Assembly: GCA_041725955.1 (NCBI GenBank)
Contig: JBGRQE010000004.1
Span: 76,643-140,642 of the forward strand
Origin: Bacteroidales bacterium
GTDB lineage: Bacteria > Bacteroidota > Bacteroidia > Bacteroidales > JBGRPZ01
Direction: 5' to 3'
Length of the DNA stretch: 64,000 nt
The notes under the pieces were generated by a model. The model did no database searches and was not told where the DNA came from. It worked only from the letters and a program-made list of their open reading frames with translations. Below are positions 38,729 to 49,040 of this stretch, piece by piece. The position numbers and the translations under genes are program-made. Each line of letters opens with the position of its first letter. Positions within the stretch are counted from its first letter, which is position 1.

Positions 38729-40039
38729 TTATGGAATACGTTCAATATCTGCGCCTAATTTTCTAAGGCGTTCGTCAATAGCTTCGTATCCTCGGTCAAT
38801 TTGATGTATGTTTTCTATAATACTTGTCCCTTTTGCTGATAGAGCTGCAATAAGTAAAGCAACACCTGCTCTGATATCGGGTGATGACATTTGTATTCCT
38901 CTAAGATTAGATTCTTTGTTCATTCCAATAACAGTAGCCCGGTGTGGGTCACAAAGAATAATTTTTGCTCCCATGTCTATTAACTTATCAACAAAGAATA
39001 ATCTACTTTCGAACATTTTTTGGTGTATCAACACGCTCCCATTTGCTTGTGTTGCTACCACAAGAATAATACTAATTAAATCAGGAGTAAATCCAGGCCA
39101 TGGAGCATCAGAAATAGTAAGGATTGAGTCGTCAAAAAAGGTTTCCAGTGTGTAATTTTCTTGTCTTGGAATAAGGAGATCATTTTCTTTTTGAATGATT
39201 TGAATACCCATCCGTTTGAATGTTTGTGGTATTATTCCTAGTTCTTCGATATTTACATCTTTAATTGTAATTTCAGATCCTGTCATTGCTGCCATTCCAA
39301 TAAAACTACCAATTTCGATCATATCGGCAAGGAGGCGGTGTTTTGCTTCGTGTAAATTTTTTACACCTTCAATATAAAGAAGATTTGAGCCAATGCCTGT
39401 AATTTTTGCTCCCATTTGGTTGAGCAATTTACAAAGCTGAACGATATAAGGTTCGCATGCAGCATTAAATAGGGTGGTATTTCCCTTGGCTAAGCTTGCT
39501 GCCATAATTATGTTGGCTGTGCCTGTTACAGAAGCTTCGTCTAAAAGAATATATTTACCTTTGAGACCATTTGGAGCAATTAATTCATATTTAGAATCTT
39601 CATTGCTAATATTTAGTGTTGCTCCAAGTTGAATTAGTCCGTCAAAATGTGTGTCAAGTCGTCTACGCCCTATTTTATCTCCACCAGGATGTGGTATTGC
39701 AATTTTTCCAAATCTAGCTAGCAGGGGACCCATAATCATTACAGAACCTCTAAGTTTACCGCCAAGATTTAAATATTCTTCGCTTTGGAAATAATCATGG
39801 TTTATTTTATCGGCTTGAAAAGTAAATGTTCCTTTTACAGGGTTCTCTACCTTTACACCACTTTGCTTTAAAATTTCAATAAGTTTGTTTACATCATGTA
39901 TGTCAGGGACATTCTCGATACTTATTTTTTTGTCGGTGAGTAAGCATGCACAAATCACCTGTAAAGCTTCGTTTTTTGCGCCTTGAGGTGTTATGGAACC
40001 TGAGAGCTTTAGGCCGCCATTAATCTTAAATTTGCTCAT
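38729..40039 (-). CDS. murA: UDP-N-acetylglucosamine 1-carboxyvinyltransferase
   Basis: 436 aa. ISGAKN-like QGAKNEAL. The active-site loop HPGGDKIGRRRLDTH aligns to the E. coli PGGCxIGARPVDLH loop, with Asp121 in place of the Cys. Confidence 0.93.
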   Translation of the reverse strand: MSKFKINGGLKLSGSITPQGAKNEALQVICACLLTDKKISIENVPDIHDVNKLIEILKQSGVKVENPVKGTFTFQADKINHDYFQSEEYLNLGGKLRGSVMIMGPLLARFGKIAIPHPGGDKIGRRRLDTHFDGLIQLGATLNISNEDSKYELIAPNGLKGKYILLDEASVTGTANIIMAASLAKGNTTLFNAACEPYIVQLCKLLNQMGAKITGIGSNLLYIEGVKNLHEAKHRLLADMIEIGSFIGMAAMTGSEITIKDVNIEELGIIPQTFKRMGIQIIQKENDLLIPRQENYTLETFFDDSILTISDAPWPGFTPDLISIILVVATQANGSVLIHQKMFESRLFFVDKLIDMGAKIILCDPHRATVIGMNKESNLRGIQMSSPDIRAGVALLIAALSAKGTSIIENIHQIDRGYEAIDERLRKLGADIERIP

Positions 40040-40089
40040 AAATTAAAGCCTGTAATAAGTAGTGTGAAGTTTAAAAAATGAAAATCAAT

Positions 40090-40737
40090 TTACCTTTTAC
40101 TATATTGTTGTCTTCTTTGGCCGTATGAACTTCCAGAATTTGAACTGCTTCTGCTCTGTCCGGTGTGACTTGTCTTTTTCTTGTTCTTCTTTAAGATATC
40201 ACTTGTTGAATGCAATCTAACATGGTCTGCATTTAGTTCTTCGTCTGATAATACCTCTAAATGTTTAAGGATAAGCTCATCATTTACAGAATCTCTATTC
40301 CATGTTAAATATGACTTTTTCATATGATTAGCGATAACCTGAATAAGAGCATTCTTTTCCTCTCCTTCTTCAAATTCTTTGGCTTTTTGAATCATTGAGA
40401 TTAGGTTTTTGCCATAATGGCGGAATCTAATTCTTCTTGTGCCATAAGGTAGTCTTTCAGGCTTGGAGTATAGTTCGTCCTGATTTGGTTTTTCGAAAGG
40501 AGATTCGACATCTAACTTGAAATCGGAAATAATATGCAGGTGATCCCATAGCTTATGGCGGTAATCTCCGGATTCTTTAACAGAAGGGTGCATTTGAGCC
40601 ATAATATTAACAATAAAGTAAGCAATGCGAGTACGTTCTCCACGATCTTCAATTGTTAATGCAAATTCCACAAGTTGTTGGATGTTTCTGCCGTATTCTG
40701 GAATAACTAGATGATTTCGTTGTGTATTATAGTCCAT
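40090..40737 (-). CDS. DUF4290 domain-containing protein
   Basis: 215 aa. N-terminal MDYNTQRNHLVIPEYGRNIQQLVEFA is typical of DUF4290. Conserved position upstream of murA in Bacteroidota. Confidence 0.75.
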   Translation of the reverse strand: MDYNTQRNHLVIPEYGRNIQQLVEFALTIEDRGERTRIAYFIVNIMAQMHPSVKESGDYRHKLWDHLHIISDFKLDVESPFEKPNQDELYSKPERLPYGTRRIRFRHYGKNLISMIQKAKEFEEGEEKNALIQVIANHMKKSYLTWNRDSVNDELILKHLEVLSDEELNADHVRLHSTSDILKKNKKKTSHTGQSRSSSNSGSSYGQRRQQYSKR

Positions 40738-40831
40738 ATTGGTATATCGTTATACTGATTTTTTGAACCTATCCCCAAACTAGATAAGTGCTCCCAAGGG
40801 GAAGTATTAATAAATAGAGGTCTTTCGTCTG

Positions 40832-40839
40832 CAAATATA
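40832..40839 (-). promoter_or_regulatory. -7 box TATATTTG upstream of DUF4290-murA
   Basis: Matches TAnnTTTG on the minus strand, ~95 nt upstream of ATG 40737. Confidence 0.35.
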
Positions 40840-41022
40840 CGTTTTTTTAAATTGTTGCAGAAATTGAAAAGGTGCTTTTTAAAAACAATAACTTAACATT
40901 TTTATATGGAAACGAAAGATCTATTATAACATTACATTATAAAAGATATATTTCCTTACTTTAATAAATATGGGTTTGGTGACAGACTAACTAATTGATA
41001 ATTAATTGCAATTAAGGATTTT

Positions 41023-41111
41023 CAAAAAAGTCTTTAGTCTTATCATATTTAATGACATTATGTTTTTCTAAACTTTTATGGTGTTCAGTTATTCGTAATA
41101 AGACTAAAGAT
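41023..41111 (-). terminator. inverted repeat downstream of the helicase gene (terminator-like, 54-nt loop)
   Basis: 13-bp arms 41031-41043 and 41098-41110, followed on the minus strand by T6. Confidence 0.35.
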
Positions 41112-41158
41112 TTTCTTGAAATTATATATAAGATTAAAAAAGTTTTTTATTTGTATAC

Positions 41159-43417
41159 TTATGCTTTAGATAGTTTTGCAAATTTTAGAAGCAATTGTTT
41201 CTGTCCAACAGAATAGAATTGAATGCTTGCTTTTTTGTTTTGTGCTGATCCATCTACTGAAATGACTTTTCCTTTGCCAAATTTTTGATGGGAAACCTCT
41301 AGTCCTGGAATTATTTCGGATGAAGATAGTGTTGTGTCAGTTTTAGTGTTTGTGGCTTCACTTTTTTGAACGTCGCTAAGTTTACGTAATTTCTGTTTTT
41401 GTTGATTTTTGAATCCTGAAAATCGTGTTCCTTGTAGATTAGGAACTTCTCTTTTTATTACATTTTGAGTAGTCAGGCGAGGGTCTATTTCTTCAATAAA
41501 TCGACTGGGTTCGCAAATAGTAAGTTGTCCCCATTTATATCTGTTTTCAGCAAAAGATATATTCACTTTCTTTTCAGCTCTAGTAATTGCGACATAAAAA
41601 AGTCTTCTCTCTTCTTCAAGTTCAGTTCTGGTGTTGATACTCATGATTGAAGGGAAGAGGTTTTCTTCCATCCCTGAGATATAAACATAAGGAAATTCCA
41701 GCCCTTTTGAGGCATGAATTGTCATTAGTGAAACCCAATCACCATCTTGCTTGTCATTTTCGTCTGCATCAGTAAATAGGGCAATATCTTCCATGAATTT
41801 ATCAAGAGTTGCAATTGAATTTCCTGGTTTTGTCGTATCTGTAAATTCTTTAATTGCATTTAAGAGTTCTTCGATGTTTTCGTACCGACTTACTCCTTCA
41901 GGAGTTTTATCCTCGAAAAATAATTTGGTGAGGCATGAGGCAGAAGCAATCTCTTTTGCTAGGTTATAGGCAGGGAAGGAGTGTAACTGAGCGTTGAATC
42001 TTTTTATCATATTAGAAAAATCCAATACTTTTTTTCTTGCAGCTGCAGTAATGCCGGCGCTTTGTAGTTTTTCGGGAGTCATCATTTCCCATAAACTTAT
42101 GTTATTTTGATTGGCATGAATAATTATCTTGTCAAGGCTGGTATTTCCAATTCCTCTTGCTGGATAATTTATTATTCTTAATAGAGCGTCTTCATCTTTT
42201 GTATTACAAACCAATCTGAAATAAGAAAGAAGATCTTTAATTTCTTTTCTTTTATAAAAACTAAGACCTCCAAAAATTTTGTATGGAATGTTTTGCTTTC
42301 TTAATGCATCTTCAATACTTCTCGATTGAGCATTTGTTCGATAAAGTATAGCAAAGGATGAGTTGGGAATTTGTTGATTTAATTTTTCCTGAAAAATTAA
42401 GTTGGCAATTAACTTACCTTCTTCGTTTTCATTTTTTGTTTTATGTATTTGAACCAAATCTCCCTCATCGTTTGAGGTCCAAACATCTTTTTCTATTTGC
42501 TCCTTATTATATTTTATTATTGAATTTGCTGCTTTTACGATATTTTTTGTACTTCGGTAATTTTGTTCTAGCTTAAATATTTTATTGTTAGGATAGTCTT
42601 TTTTGAAATTTAATATATTTTGAATGTTTGCACCTCTAAAAGCATAAATACTCTGTGCGTCATCGCCAACAACACATAAGTTTTCGTTGTTTGCTGCAAG
42701 TTTTTTTACGATAAGGTATTGAGAGTCGTCGGATTCTTGGTACTCATCAACCAATATATGTTTAAATTTATTTTGATACTTATATAATGTGTCTGGGAAA
42801 TCTCTGAAAAGGACATTGGTGTTGTACAGTAAATCATCGAAATCCATTGCATCCGCTTTTTTGAGCTCCTTATTATATAAGGTATATAAGTCTCCAACTC
42901 TCGCTTTTCCTGTAGCAGCATCTTGTTCTTTTAGTTCTGTGCTTCTGTTGTAGGTGACTGGTCCAATTAGATTAGATTTTGCTCCAGAAATTCTTTGTAA
43001 GACATAATTGGGAGCATATATCTTTGGATCAAGATTTTGAGCTTTTAAAATTTTCTTGATTAACCTTTTTGCATCATCGGTGTCGTAGATTGTAAAATTG
43101 GAAGGGTAGTTTAAAAGATGTGCTTCTTGTCGCAAAATGCGAGCAAAAACAGAGTGGAAGGTACCCATCCAAATATTTCTTGCTTCAGGGCCAATTAGCT
43201 TGGAAATACGATCTTTCATTTCTCTTGCAGCTTTGTTTGTAAAGGTAAGCGTAAGAATATTGAATGGATCTATTCCGTTTTCTATAAGGTAAGCTACACG
43301 ATAGGTTAAAACTCTTGTTTTTCCCGAACCAGCTCCGGCTATTACCATAACAGGGCCGTCGATGTGTTGAACAGCTTTTTTCTGCTCTTCGTTTAATGAA
43401 TCAAGTATATCTTTCAC
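41159..43417 (-). CDS. ATP-dependent DNA helicase, UvrD/PcrA/Rep family
   Basis: 752 aa, GTG start. Motif I AGAGSGKT, motif II VDEYQE, VGDDAQSIYAFRGA, NYRS, TIHASKGLEF, YVAITRA. Confidence 0.9.
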   Translation of the reverse strand: MKDILDSLNEEQKKAVQHIDGPVMVIAGAGSGKTRVLTYRVAYLIENGIDPFNILTLTFTNKAAREMKDRISKLIGPEARNIWMGTFHSVFARILRQEAHLLNYPSNFTIYDTDDAKRLIKKILKAQNLDPKIYAPNYVLQRISGAKSNLIGPVTYNRSTELKEQDAATGKARVGDLYTLYNKELKKADAMDFDDLLYNTNVLFRDFPDTLYKYQNKFKHILVDEYQESDDSQYLIVKKLAANNENLCVVGDDAQSIYAFRGANIQNILNFKKDYPNNKIFKLEQNYRSTKNIVKAANSIIKYNKEQIEKDVWTSNDEGDLVQIHKTKNENEEGKLIANLIFQEKLNQQIPNSSFAILYRTNAQSRSIEDALRKQNIPYKIFGGLSFYKRKEIKDLLSYFRLVCNTKDEDALLRIINYPARGIGNTSLDKIIIHANQNNISLWEMMTPEKLQSAGITAAARKKVLDFSNMIKRFNAQLHSFPAYNLAKEIASASCLTKLFFEDKTPEGVSRYENIEELLNAIKEFTDTTKPGNSIATLDKFMEDIALFTDADENDKQDGDWVSLMTIHASKGLEFPYVYISGMEENLFPSIMSINTRTELEEERRLFYVAITRAEKKVNISFAENRYKWGQLTICEPSRFIEEIDPRLTTQNVIKREVPNLQGTRFSGFKNQQKQKLRKLSDVQKSEATNTKTDTTLSSSEIIPGLEVSHQKFGKGKVISVDGSAQNKKASIQFYSVGQKQLLLKFAKLSKA

Positions 43418-43747
43418 AGCGCATTTAATTCTTCAATTTAGCAAGCAAAAGTAAGTAAAATATTTTTCAAGAACTTTCTTGTAAAGAAATTTGAGTTTTA
43501 GTTTATGTAGAGGTTGAAGAAATTTATTTTTGTGTTTATGGAATTAATTTGATAAGTATAGTTTTGTGTTTTTCTAAAATTATTGAATTTAAATTTACTA
43601 AAAGTAAAATAGTTATGGAAAAATACAGTTTAAGAATTAGAAAAAAATTAATGCCGTTTTTTGCCTATTGTTACGGGATTTGGAATTTTTTTTAAGAAAA
43701 TATAGAAAAAAGACTGTAAATGTCTTGTTTTTAATAAAAAAGATATC

Positions 43748-43755
43748 TATTTTTG
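43748..43755 (+). promoter_or_regulatory. -7 box TATTTTTG (distal, precedes the structured element)
   Basis: Matches TAnnTTTG and is followed by CGCC, as at the rpsL-proximal and secDF boxes. Confidence 0.35.
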
Positions 43756-43761
43756 CGCCCT

Positions 43762-43970
43762 GAATAATGGCGATGCTTTTCTAGTGAAGAGCAAGAATAC
43801 GCAGGGACCTGATAAACTGAAACGATATAGGTACCATTCTTTTTTTAGCCTTTCGCTTATTGTTCGACGATTTAGGCTAAAGCAGAATTGTTTCGTTCCC
43901 ACCTATCAGGCACTCCTATGTAGTTTTGTGATAATTAGAAGAGAATCAAAGAGACGAGAGGTCTTTTTTT
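43762..43970 (+). ncRNA. candidate sRNA or structured leader upstream of rpsL
   Basis: Lies downstream of a TATTTTTG -7-like box. Nested helices: 43808-43814/43904-43910 (CCTGATA/TATCAGG), 43818-43824/43889-43895, 43836-43840/43884-43888, 43844-43850/43875-43881 (TTTAGCC/GGCTAAA). Ends in a weak hairpin plus T-run at 43948-43970. Confidence 0.3.
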
Positions 43971-44002
43971 GATTTGGCAGTTATTTGTTTGAAAAAAATT
44001 TA

Positions 44003-44010
44003 TACTTTTG
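44003..44010 (+). promoter_or_regulatory. -7 box TACTTTTG, proximal rpsL (str-S10-spc-alpha) promoter
   Basis: Matches TAnnTTTG, 55 nt upstream of the rpsL ATG, followed by CGCACTCGAAAAA. Confidence 0.45.
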
Positions 44011-44065
44011 CGCACTCGAAAAATGGTGCTTAACAAAAGAGGAATAACAAAACTAATAGTTTAAA

Positions 44066-44446
44066 ATGCCAACAATTCAACAGTTAGTACGTAAAGGACG
44101 TGAAAAGCAGGTGTATAAGAGTAAGTCTCCTGCTTTGGATGGATGCCCACAAAGACGTGGGGTTTGTGTCCGTGTTTACACTACTACTCCAAAGAAGCCA
44201 AACTCTGCTATGCGTAAAGTAGCAAGGGTAAGGTTGACTAACGGGAAGGAAGTAAACGCTTATATCCCAGGGGAAGGTCACAACTTACAAGAACACTCAA
44301 TCGTTATGATTCGTGGTGGTAGAGTAAAAGATCTTCCTGGTGTTAGATATCACATCATTCGTGGTGCTCTAGATACCTTGGGAGTAGAAGGAAGGATGCA
44401 GAGAAGATCCAAGTACGGTACAAAGCGTCCAAAACAAAAGAAGTAA
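44066..44446 (+). CDS. rpsL: 30S ribosomal protein S12
   Basis: [12 protein letters not shown]...[16 protein letters not shown]. First gene of the str cluster. Confidence 0.97.
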   Translation: MPTIQQLVRKGREKQVYKSKSPALDGCPQRRGVCVRVYTTTPKKPNSAMRKVARVRLTNGKEVNAYIPGEGHNLQEHSIVMIRGGRVKDLPGVRYHIIRGALDTLGVEGRMQRRSKYGTKRPKQKK

Positions 44447-44473
44447 TTTAACTAGCGAAAGTTCGATTTAGTA

Positions 44474-44941
44474 ATGAGGAAATCTAAACCAAAAAAGAGG
44501 ATTATACTTCCTGATCCAAAGTTTAATGATGCTTTGGTAACTAAGTTCGTTAATAACCTTATGTTTTCAGGAAAAAAGAATATATCTTACGATATTTTCT
44601 ATGATGCGATGGAAATCGTAACTGAAAAAGTTAAGGAAGACGGATTGGAAGTTTGGAAAAAAGCTTTGGCTAATGTGACTCCTGCTGTAGAGGTAAGAAG
44701 CCGTCGTATTGGTGGAGCAACATTCCAGATCCCTTCAGAGATTCGTCCAGGAAGAAAACAGTCAATCGGTATGAAGAACCTGATTAAGTTTTCTCGCAAG
44801 CGTCATGAAAAAACCATGGCTCAGAAATTAGCCGGTGAAGTAATGGCTGCATACAAAGAAGAAGGTGCTGCCTTCAAGAGAAAAGAGGATACCCATAGAA
44901 TGGCGGAAGCTAACAAGGCATTCTCACACTTTAGATTTTAA
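44474..44941 (+). CDS. rpsG: 30S ribosomal protein S7
   Basis: 155 aa. [25 protein letters not shown]. Follows rpsL. Confidence 0.97.
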   Translation: MRKSKPKKRIILPDPKFNDALVTKFVNNLMFSGKKNISYDIFYDAMEIVTEKVKEDGLEVWKKALANVTPAVEVRSRRIGGATFQIPSEIRPGRKQSIGMKNLIKFSRKRHEKTMAQKLAGEVMAAYKEEGAAFKRKEDTHRMAEANKAFSHFRF

Positions 44942-44993
44942 TTAAGGATTAGTCACTTTTGAGAGAGTAAAGAGAAGTAGCGGAAGGAAAAAA

Positions 44994-47093
44994 ATGTCAG
45001 GAAAACTCAAATATACCAGGAACATAGGGATTATGGCTCATATTGATGCGGGTAAGACCACTACTACTGAGCGTATCCTATATTATACCGGCCGTACTCA
45101 CAAATTGGGTGAAGTACACGATGGTGCTGCGACTATGGACTGGATGGTTCAAGAGCAAGAGCGAGGAATCACCATTACATCAGCTGCAACTACTGTTTTC
45201 TGGGATTTAGAAAATCAGAAATACAAGATTAATATCATTGATACTCCAGGTCACGTTGACTTTACTGTTGAAGTTGAGCGTAGTTTGCGTATCCTTGATG
45301 GTGCTGTTGCACTATTTTGTGCTGTAGGTGGTGTTGAGCCACAGTCTGAAACCGTATGGCGTCAGGCAGATAAATATCATGTACCAAGATTAAGTTTTGT
45401 TAACAAAATGGACAGAACTGGTGCTGATTTTTACAGTGCTGTTGAAATGATCAAAGAGCGTTTAGGCGCAAATCCAGTTCCGATTACATTACCAATTGGT
45501 GCTGAAGATGATTTTCGTGGAGTAGTTGATCTTATTCAAATGAAAGCTTTTGAATGGGATGAGACTTCTAACGGAACACAAATTGTAGAAGTGCCAATTC
45601 CAGAGGATATGGCCGATACAGTTGAAGAATACAGAATGGCTCTTGTAGAGGGAGTTGCTGAAGAAAGCGATGAGCTTTTAGAAAGATATATGGAAGATCC
45701 TGAGTGTATCACTGTTAAAGAGATGATCCATTATATCCGTAAGGCAACTACTGAAATGCGTATTACTCCGGTAATGTGTGGTTCTGCCTTCAAAAATAAG
45801 GGTGTTCAAATGTTGTTGAACTATATCATTGAGTTCTTACCAAGTCCATTGGATGTTCCTTCAATTACTGGAACAGATCCAAACACTGGCGAAGAGCTTG
45901 TTCGTAAAGCCGATCCTAATGATAAGTTTAGTGCATTAGCATTTAAGATTGCAACAGATCCTTTCGTAGGAAGAATCTGCTTCTTTCGTGTCTATAGTGG
46001 TACTCTTGAAGCAGGAACTTACGTTTATAATGCGAATACTCGCAAGAAAGAGCGTATTTCCAGAATCATGCAGATGCATGCGAACAAACAAGAGCCTCTT
46101 AAGAAGATTGAAGCAGGTGATATAGGTGCAGCTGTTGGTTTTAAAACCATCCGTACCGGTGACTCTCTCTGTCATCAAGACAGTCCTATTTTGCTCGAGT
46201 CAATGACTTTCCCAGAGCCAGTAATTAGTGTTGCAATTGAGCCAAAAACTCAAGGCGATGTGGATAAGTTGGGCGTTGCTCTAGGTAAACTTGCTGAAGA
46301 GGATCCTACTTTCAAAGTTAAAACTGATGATGATACCGGACAAACTGTTATTTCAGGTATGGGTGAACTTCACCTTGATATTTTGATTGACCGTTTGAAG
46401 CGTGAATTCAAGGTTGAATGTAGTCAGGGTGCTCCTCAGGTTGCATATATGGAAGCAATTACTTCTGCTTACACTCACAGAGAGGTATACAAAAAACAAA
46501 CTGGTGGTCGTGGTAAATTCGCGGATATTCAGTTTGAATTGATGCCTGCTGAAGAAGGTAAGTCTGGATTGGAATTTGTTGATGTCATCAAAGGAGGAAA
46601 TATTCCAAAAGAATTTATCCCTTCTATTGAAAAAGGTTTCAAAGGTGCAATGACTAACGGTATTCTTGCTGGTTACCCAATTGATGGTATGAAAGTAAGA
46701 CTATTCGATGGTTCTTTCCACCCTGTCGATTCCGATCAACTTTCTTTTGAAATGGCTGCAAAGTTAGGTTTCAAAACCGCGGCAAAACATTGTAAAAGTG
46801 TTTTGATGGAGCCAATTATGAAGATCGAAGTAGTTACTCCTGATGATTATCTTGGAGATGTTACTGGCGATTTGAACAAAAGAAGAGCAATCCTTGAGAA
46901 TATCGAAGCTAAAGTGGGTGTGCAGGTAGTTAAAGCGAAGGTACCTTTGTCTGAAATGTTTGGTTATGTAACTCAGTTACGTACGATAACTTCAGGAAGA
47001 GCTACTTCTTCGATGGAATTTCACTCCTACGCAGAAGCACCTCGAAGTGTTGCAGAAGAGGTGATTAAAGAAATCAAAGGAATTACTGAGTAA
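44994..47093 (+). CDS. fusA: elongation factor G
   Basis: 699 aa. G1 [24 protein letters not shown]. Confidence 0.97.
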   Translation: MSGKLKYTRNIGIMAHIDAGKTTTTERILYYTGRTHKLGEVHDGAATMDWMVQEQERGITITSAATTVFWDLENQKYKINIIDTPGHVDFTVEVERSLRILDGAVALFCAVGGVEPQSETVWRQADKYHVPRLSFVNKMDRTGADFYSAVEMIKERLGANPVPITLPIGAEDDFRGVVDLIQMKAFEWDETSNGTQIVEVPIPEDMADTVEEYRMALVEGVAEESDELLERYMEDPECITVKEMIHYIRKATTEMRITPVMCGSAFKNKGVQMLLNYIIEFLPSPLDVPSITGTDPNTGEELVRKADPNDKFSALAFKIATDPFVGRICFFRVYSGTLEAGTYVYNANTRKKERISRIMQMHANKQEPLKKIEAGDIGAAVGFKTIRTGDSLCHQDSPILLESMTFPEPVISVAIEPKTQGDVDKLGVALGKLAEEDPTFKVKTDDDTGQTVISGMGELHLDILIDRLKREFKVECSQGAPQVAYMEAITSAYTHREVYKKQTGGRGKFADIQFELMPAEEGKSGLEFVDVIKGGNIPKEFIPSIEKGFKGAMTNGILAGYPIDGMKVRLFDGSFHPVDSDQLSFEMAAKLGFKTAAKHCKSVLMEPIMKIEVVTPDDYLGDVTGDLNKRRAILENIEAKVGVQVVKAKVPLSEMFGYVTQLRTITSGRATSSMEFHSYAEAPRSVAEEVIKEIKGITE

Positions 47094-47128
47094 TTTCGAA
47101 TTTAGAATCTAATAATTTTATTAGCAAA

Positions 47129-47434
47129 GTGAGCCAAAGGATTAGAATAAAACTGAAATCATACGATCATAATTTGGTTGACAAATCGGCCGAGAAGATC
47201 GTAAAGACAGTAAAATCTACAGGAGCTGTTGTTAGTGGACCAATTCCATTGCCAACTGACAAGCAAATTTTCACTGTAAACAGGTCAACTTTCGTAAACA
47301 AAAAGTCCAGAGAGCAGTTTCAACTTTGTTCTTATAAAAGACTTCTTGACATCTATAGTACTACTACCAAGACTATTGATGCGCTAATGAAGCTTGAGCT
47401 GCCAAGTGGTGTAGAAGTAGAAATTAAAGTCTGA
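47129..47434 (+). CDS. rpsJ: 30S ribosomal protein S10
   Basis: 101 aa, GTG start. [17 protein letters not shown]. Lies 35 nt after fusA, with no tuf between. Confidence 0.95.
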   Translation: MSQRIRIKLKSYDHNLVDKSAEKIVKTVKSTGAVVSGPIPLPTDKQIFTVNRSTFVNKKSREQFQLCSYKRLLDIYSTTTKTIDALMKLELPSGVEVEIKV

Positions 47435-47477
47435 TAACTGATAGACTAATATTACAGGGTAAAAAAAATTAGATAAA

Positions 47478-48101
47478 ATGTCAGGAATTATTGGTAAAAA
47501 GATTGGAATGACCAGCATCTATGATGCAAATGGTAAAAATATTCCCTGTACTGTAATTGAGGCAGGTCCTTGTGTGGTAACCCAAGTTCGCACCACAGAT
47601 AAGGACGGCTATGAAGCAATTCAGCTTGGTTACGGGGAGAGAAAAGAGAAGCACACAACTAAAGCTTTAAAGGGTCATTTCGAAAAAGCCGGTACTACTC
47701 CGAAGAGAATTCTTGCCGAGTTTACAAGGTTTGAAGAAAAGAAATCTTTTGGTGACGTTGTAAATGTTGATGTTTTCCAAGAGGGAGAATATGTAGACGT
47801 TACAGGAACCACCAAAGGAAAAGGTTTCCAGGGTGTTGTAAAAAGATATAATTTCGCTGGAGTTAATGATGCAACTCATGGTCAGCACAACAGATTGAGA
47901 GCTCCAGGTTCTATTGGTGCTTCTTCTTATCCTTCAAAAGTATTTAAAGGAATGAGAATGGCAGGTAGAACTGGTGGTCAAACCAAGAAAATTTTAAACT
48001 TGGAAGTTGTGAAGATCATCGCTGAAAAAAATATCCTAGTTGTAAAAGGCGCAATTCCTGGTGCGAAAAATTCATATTTAAAAGTTGAAAGATGGAGTTA
48101 G
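47478..48101 (+). CDS. rplC: 50S ribosomal protein L3
   Basis: [16 protein letters not shown]...[10 protein letters not shown]. Confidence 0.96.
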   Translation: MSGIIGKKIGMTSIYDANGKNIPCTVIEAGPCVVTQVRTTDKDGYEAIQLGYGERKEKHTTKALKGHFEKAGTTPKRILAEFTRFEEKKSFGDVVNVDVFQEGEYVDVTGTTKGKGFQGVVKRYNFAGVNDATHGQHNRLRAPGSIGASSYPSKVFKGMRMAGRTGGQTKKILNLEVVKIIAEKNILVVKGAIPGAKNSYLKVERWS

Positions 48102-48718
48102 TAGTACGTAAAATCAACGGAGAAGAGACTGCTAAGAAAGTTCTGCTTAAAGATGAAATCTTTAGTATAGAACCTAATGATCATGCCATTTACCTTGATG
48201 TAAAGCAAATTTTAGCGAACAAGAGACAAGGTACTCATTCCTCTAAAGAGCGTAATGCAGTTTCTGGAAGTACTCGTAAGCTAAAGAGACAAAAAGGAAC
48301 TGGAACAGCACGTTCTGGTGATATTAAGTCTCCTATATTTAGAGGTGGTGGACGCGTTTTTGGACCTCATCCAAGAGACTATCATTTCAAACTCAATAAG
48401 AAATTGAAAAGACTTGCTCGCTTGTCTGCACTTTCTTATAAAACAAAAGACCAAGAAATAGTTGCTCTAGAGTCGTTTACTTATGAAGAGCCTAAGACTA
48501 AATCTTTTGTGAGTTTGTTGAAAGCTTTACAGGTTGAGAATGAAAAGACACTTTTTGTTGTAAGAGAAATCAACAGAAATGTGCTTCTTTCACTACGTAA
48601 CATCAAAAAGGCTAGCATTATCAGAGCAGATCAATTGAATACCTACGATATTCTTAACGCAAAGAAGTTAGTTATTGCAGAGGATTCTTTTGAGGCAATT
48701 GAGCAAATGTTCGCTTAA
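48092..48718 (+). CDS. rplD: 50S ribosomal protein L4
   Basis: 208 aa. [26 protein letters not shown]. Overlaps rplC by 10 nt. Confidence 0.95.
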   Translation: MELVVRKINGEETAKKVLLKDEIFSIEPNDHAIYLDVKQILANKRQGTHSSKERNAVSGSTRKLKRQKGTGTARSGDIKSPIFRGGGRVFGPHPRDYHFKLNKKLKRLARLSALSYKTKDQEIVALESFTYEEPKTKSFVSLLKALQVENEKTLFVVREINRNVLLSLRNIKKASIIRADQLNTYDILNAKKLVIAEDSFEAIEQMFA

Positions 48719-48740
48719 TAAAACCTTTAAATCTGGAACA

Positions 48741-49034
48741 ATGAATATTATAATAAAGCCGATAATCACGGAGAAAATGACTGCCATTAGCGAGAAAATG
48801 AATAATCGCTATGGATTCATCGTAGATAAAAGAGCAGATAAGCTGCAAATTAGAAGAGCAGTTGAAGAAATTTACGAAGTAGAGGTAGATCAGGTGAACA
48901 CCATGAATTATTCCGGAAAAAGTAAGTCTCGTTATACCAAAACAGGTATACTTACTGGTAAAACTAAGGCGTTCAAAAAAGCGATCATAACTTTAGCTGA
49001 AGGACAAACTATTGATTTTTTTAGCAATATTTAA
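48741..49034 (+). CDS. rplW: 50S ribosomal protein L23
   Basis: 97 aa from ATG 48741 (MNIIIKPIITEKMT). The ORF-track start at 48675 lies inside rplD and is over-extended. Confidence 0.93.
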   Translation: MNIIIKPIITEKMTAISEKMNNRYGFIVDKRADKLQIRRAVEEIYEVEVDQVNTMNYSGKSKSRYTKTGILTGKTKAFKKAIITLAEGQTIDFFSNI

Positions 49035-49040
49035 GGATAA

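Noticed and set aside
43784-43972. 62-aa plus-strand ORF upstream of rpsL.
   Set aside because: It has a non-ATG start and lies entirely within the nested hairpin. The sequence is basic and low-complexity with no motifs.
43418-44065. Strand switch read as a replication origin: about 13.5 kb of minus-strand genes to the left, 19.5 kb of plus-strand genes to the right, and a 648-bp AT-rich gap between them.
   Set aside because: I could find no clustered DnaA boxes (TTATCCACA or its complement), only one imperfect TGTGATAAT. No dnaA or dnaN is nearby. Divergent highly expressed operons explain the layout. A genome-wide GC-skew calculation would be needed to say more.
47094-47128. Apparent missing genes in the ribosomal cluster: no tuf between fusA and rpsJ, and no adk between secY and map.
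   Set aside because: The junctions are short and clean (35 nt and 22 nt) with no remnants. This gene order is the normal Bacteroidota arrangement, not a deletion.
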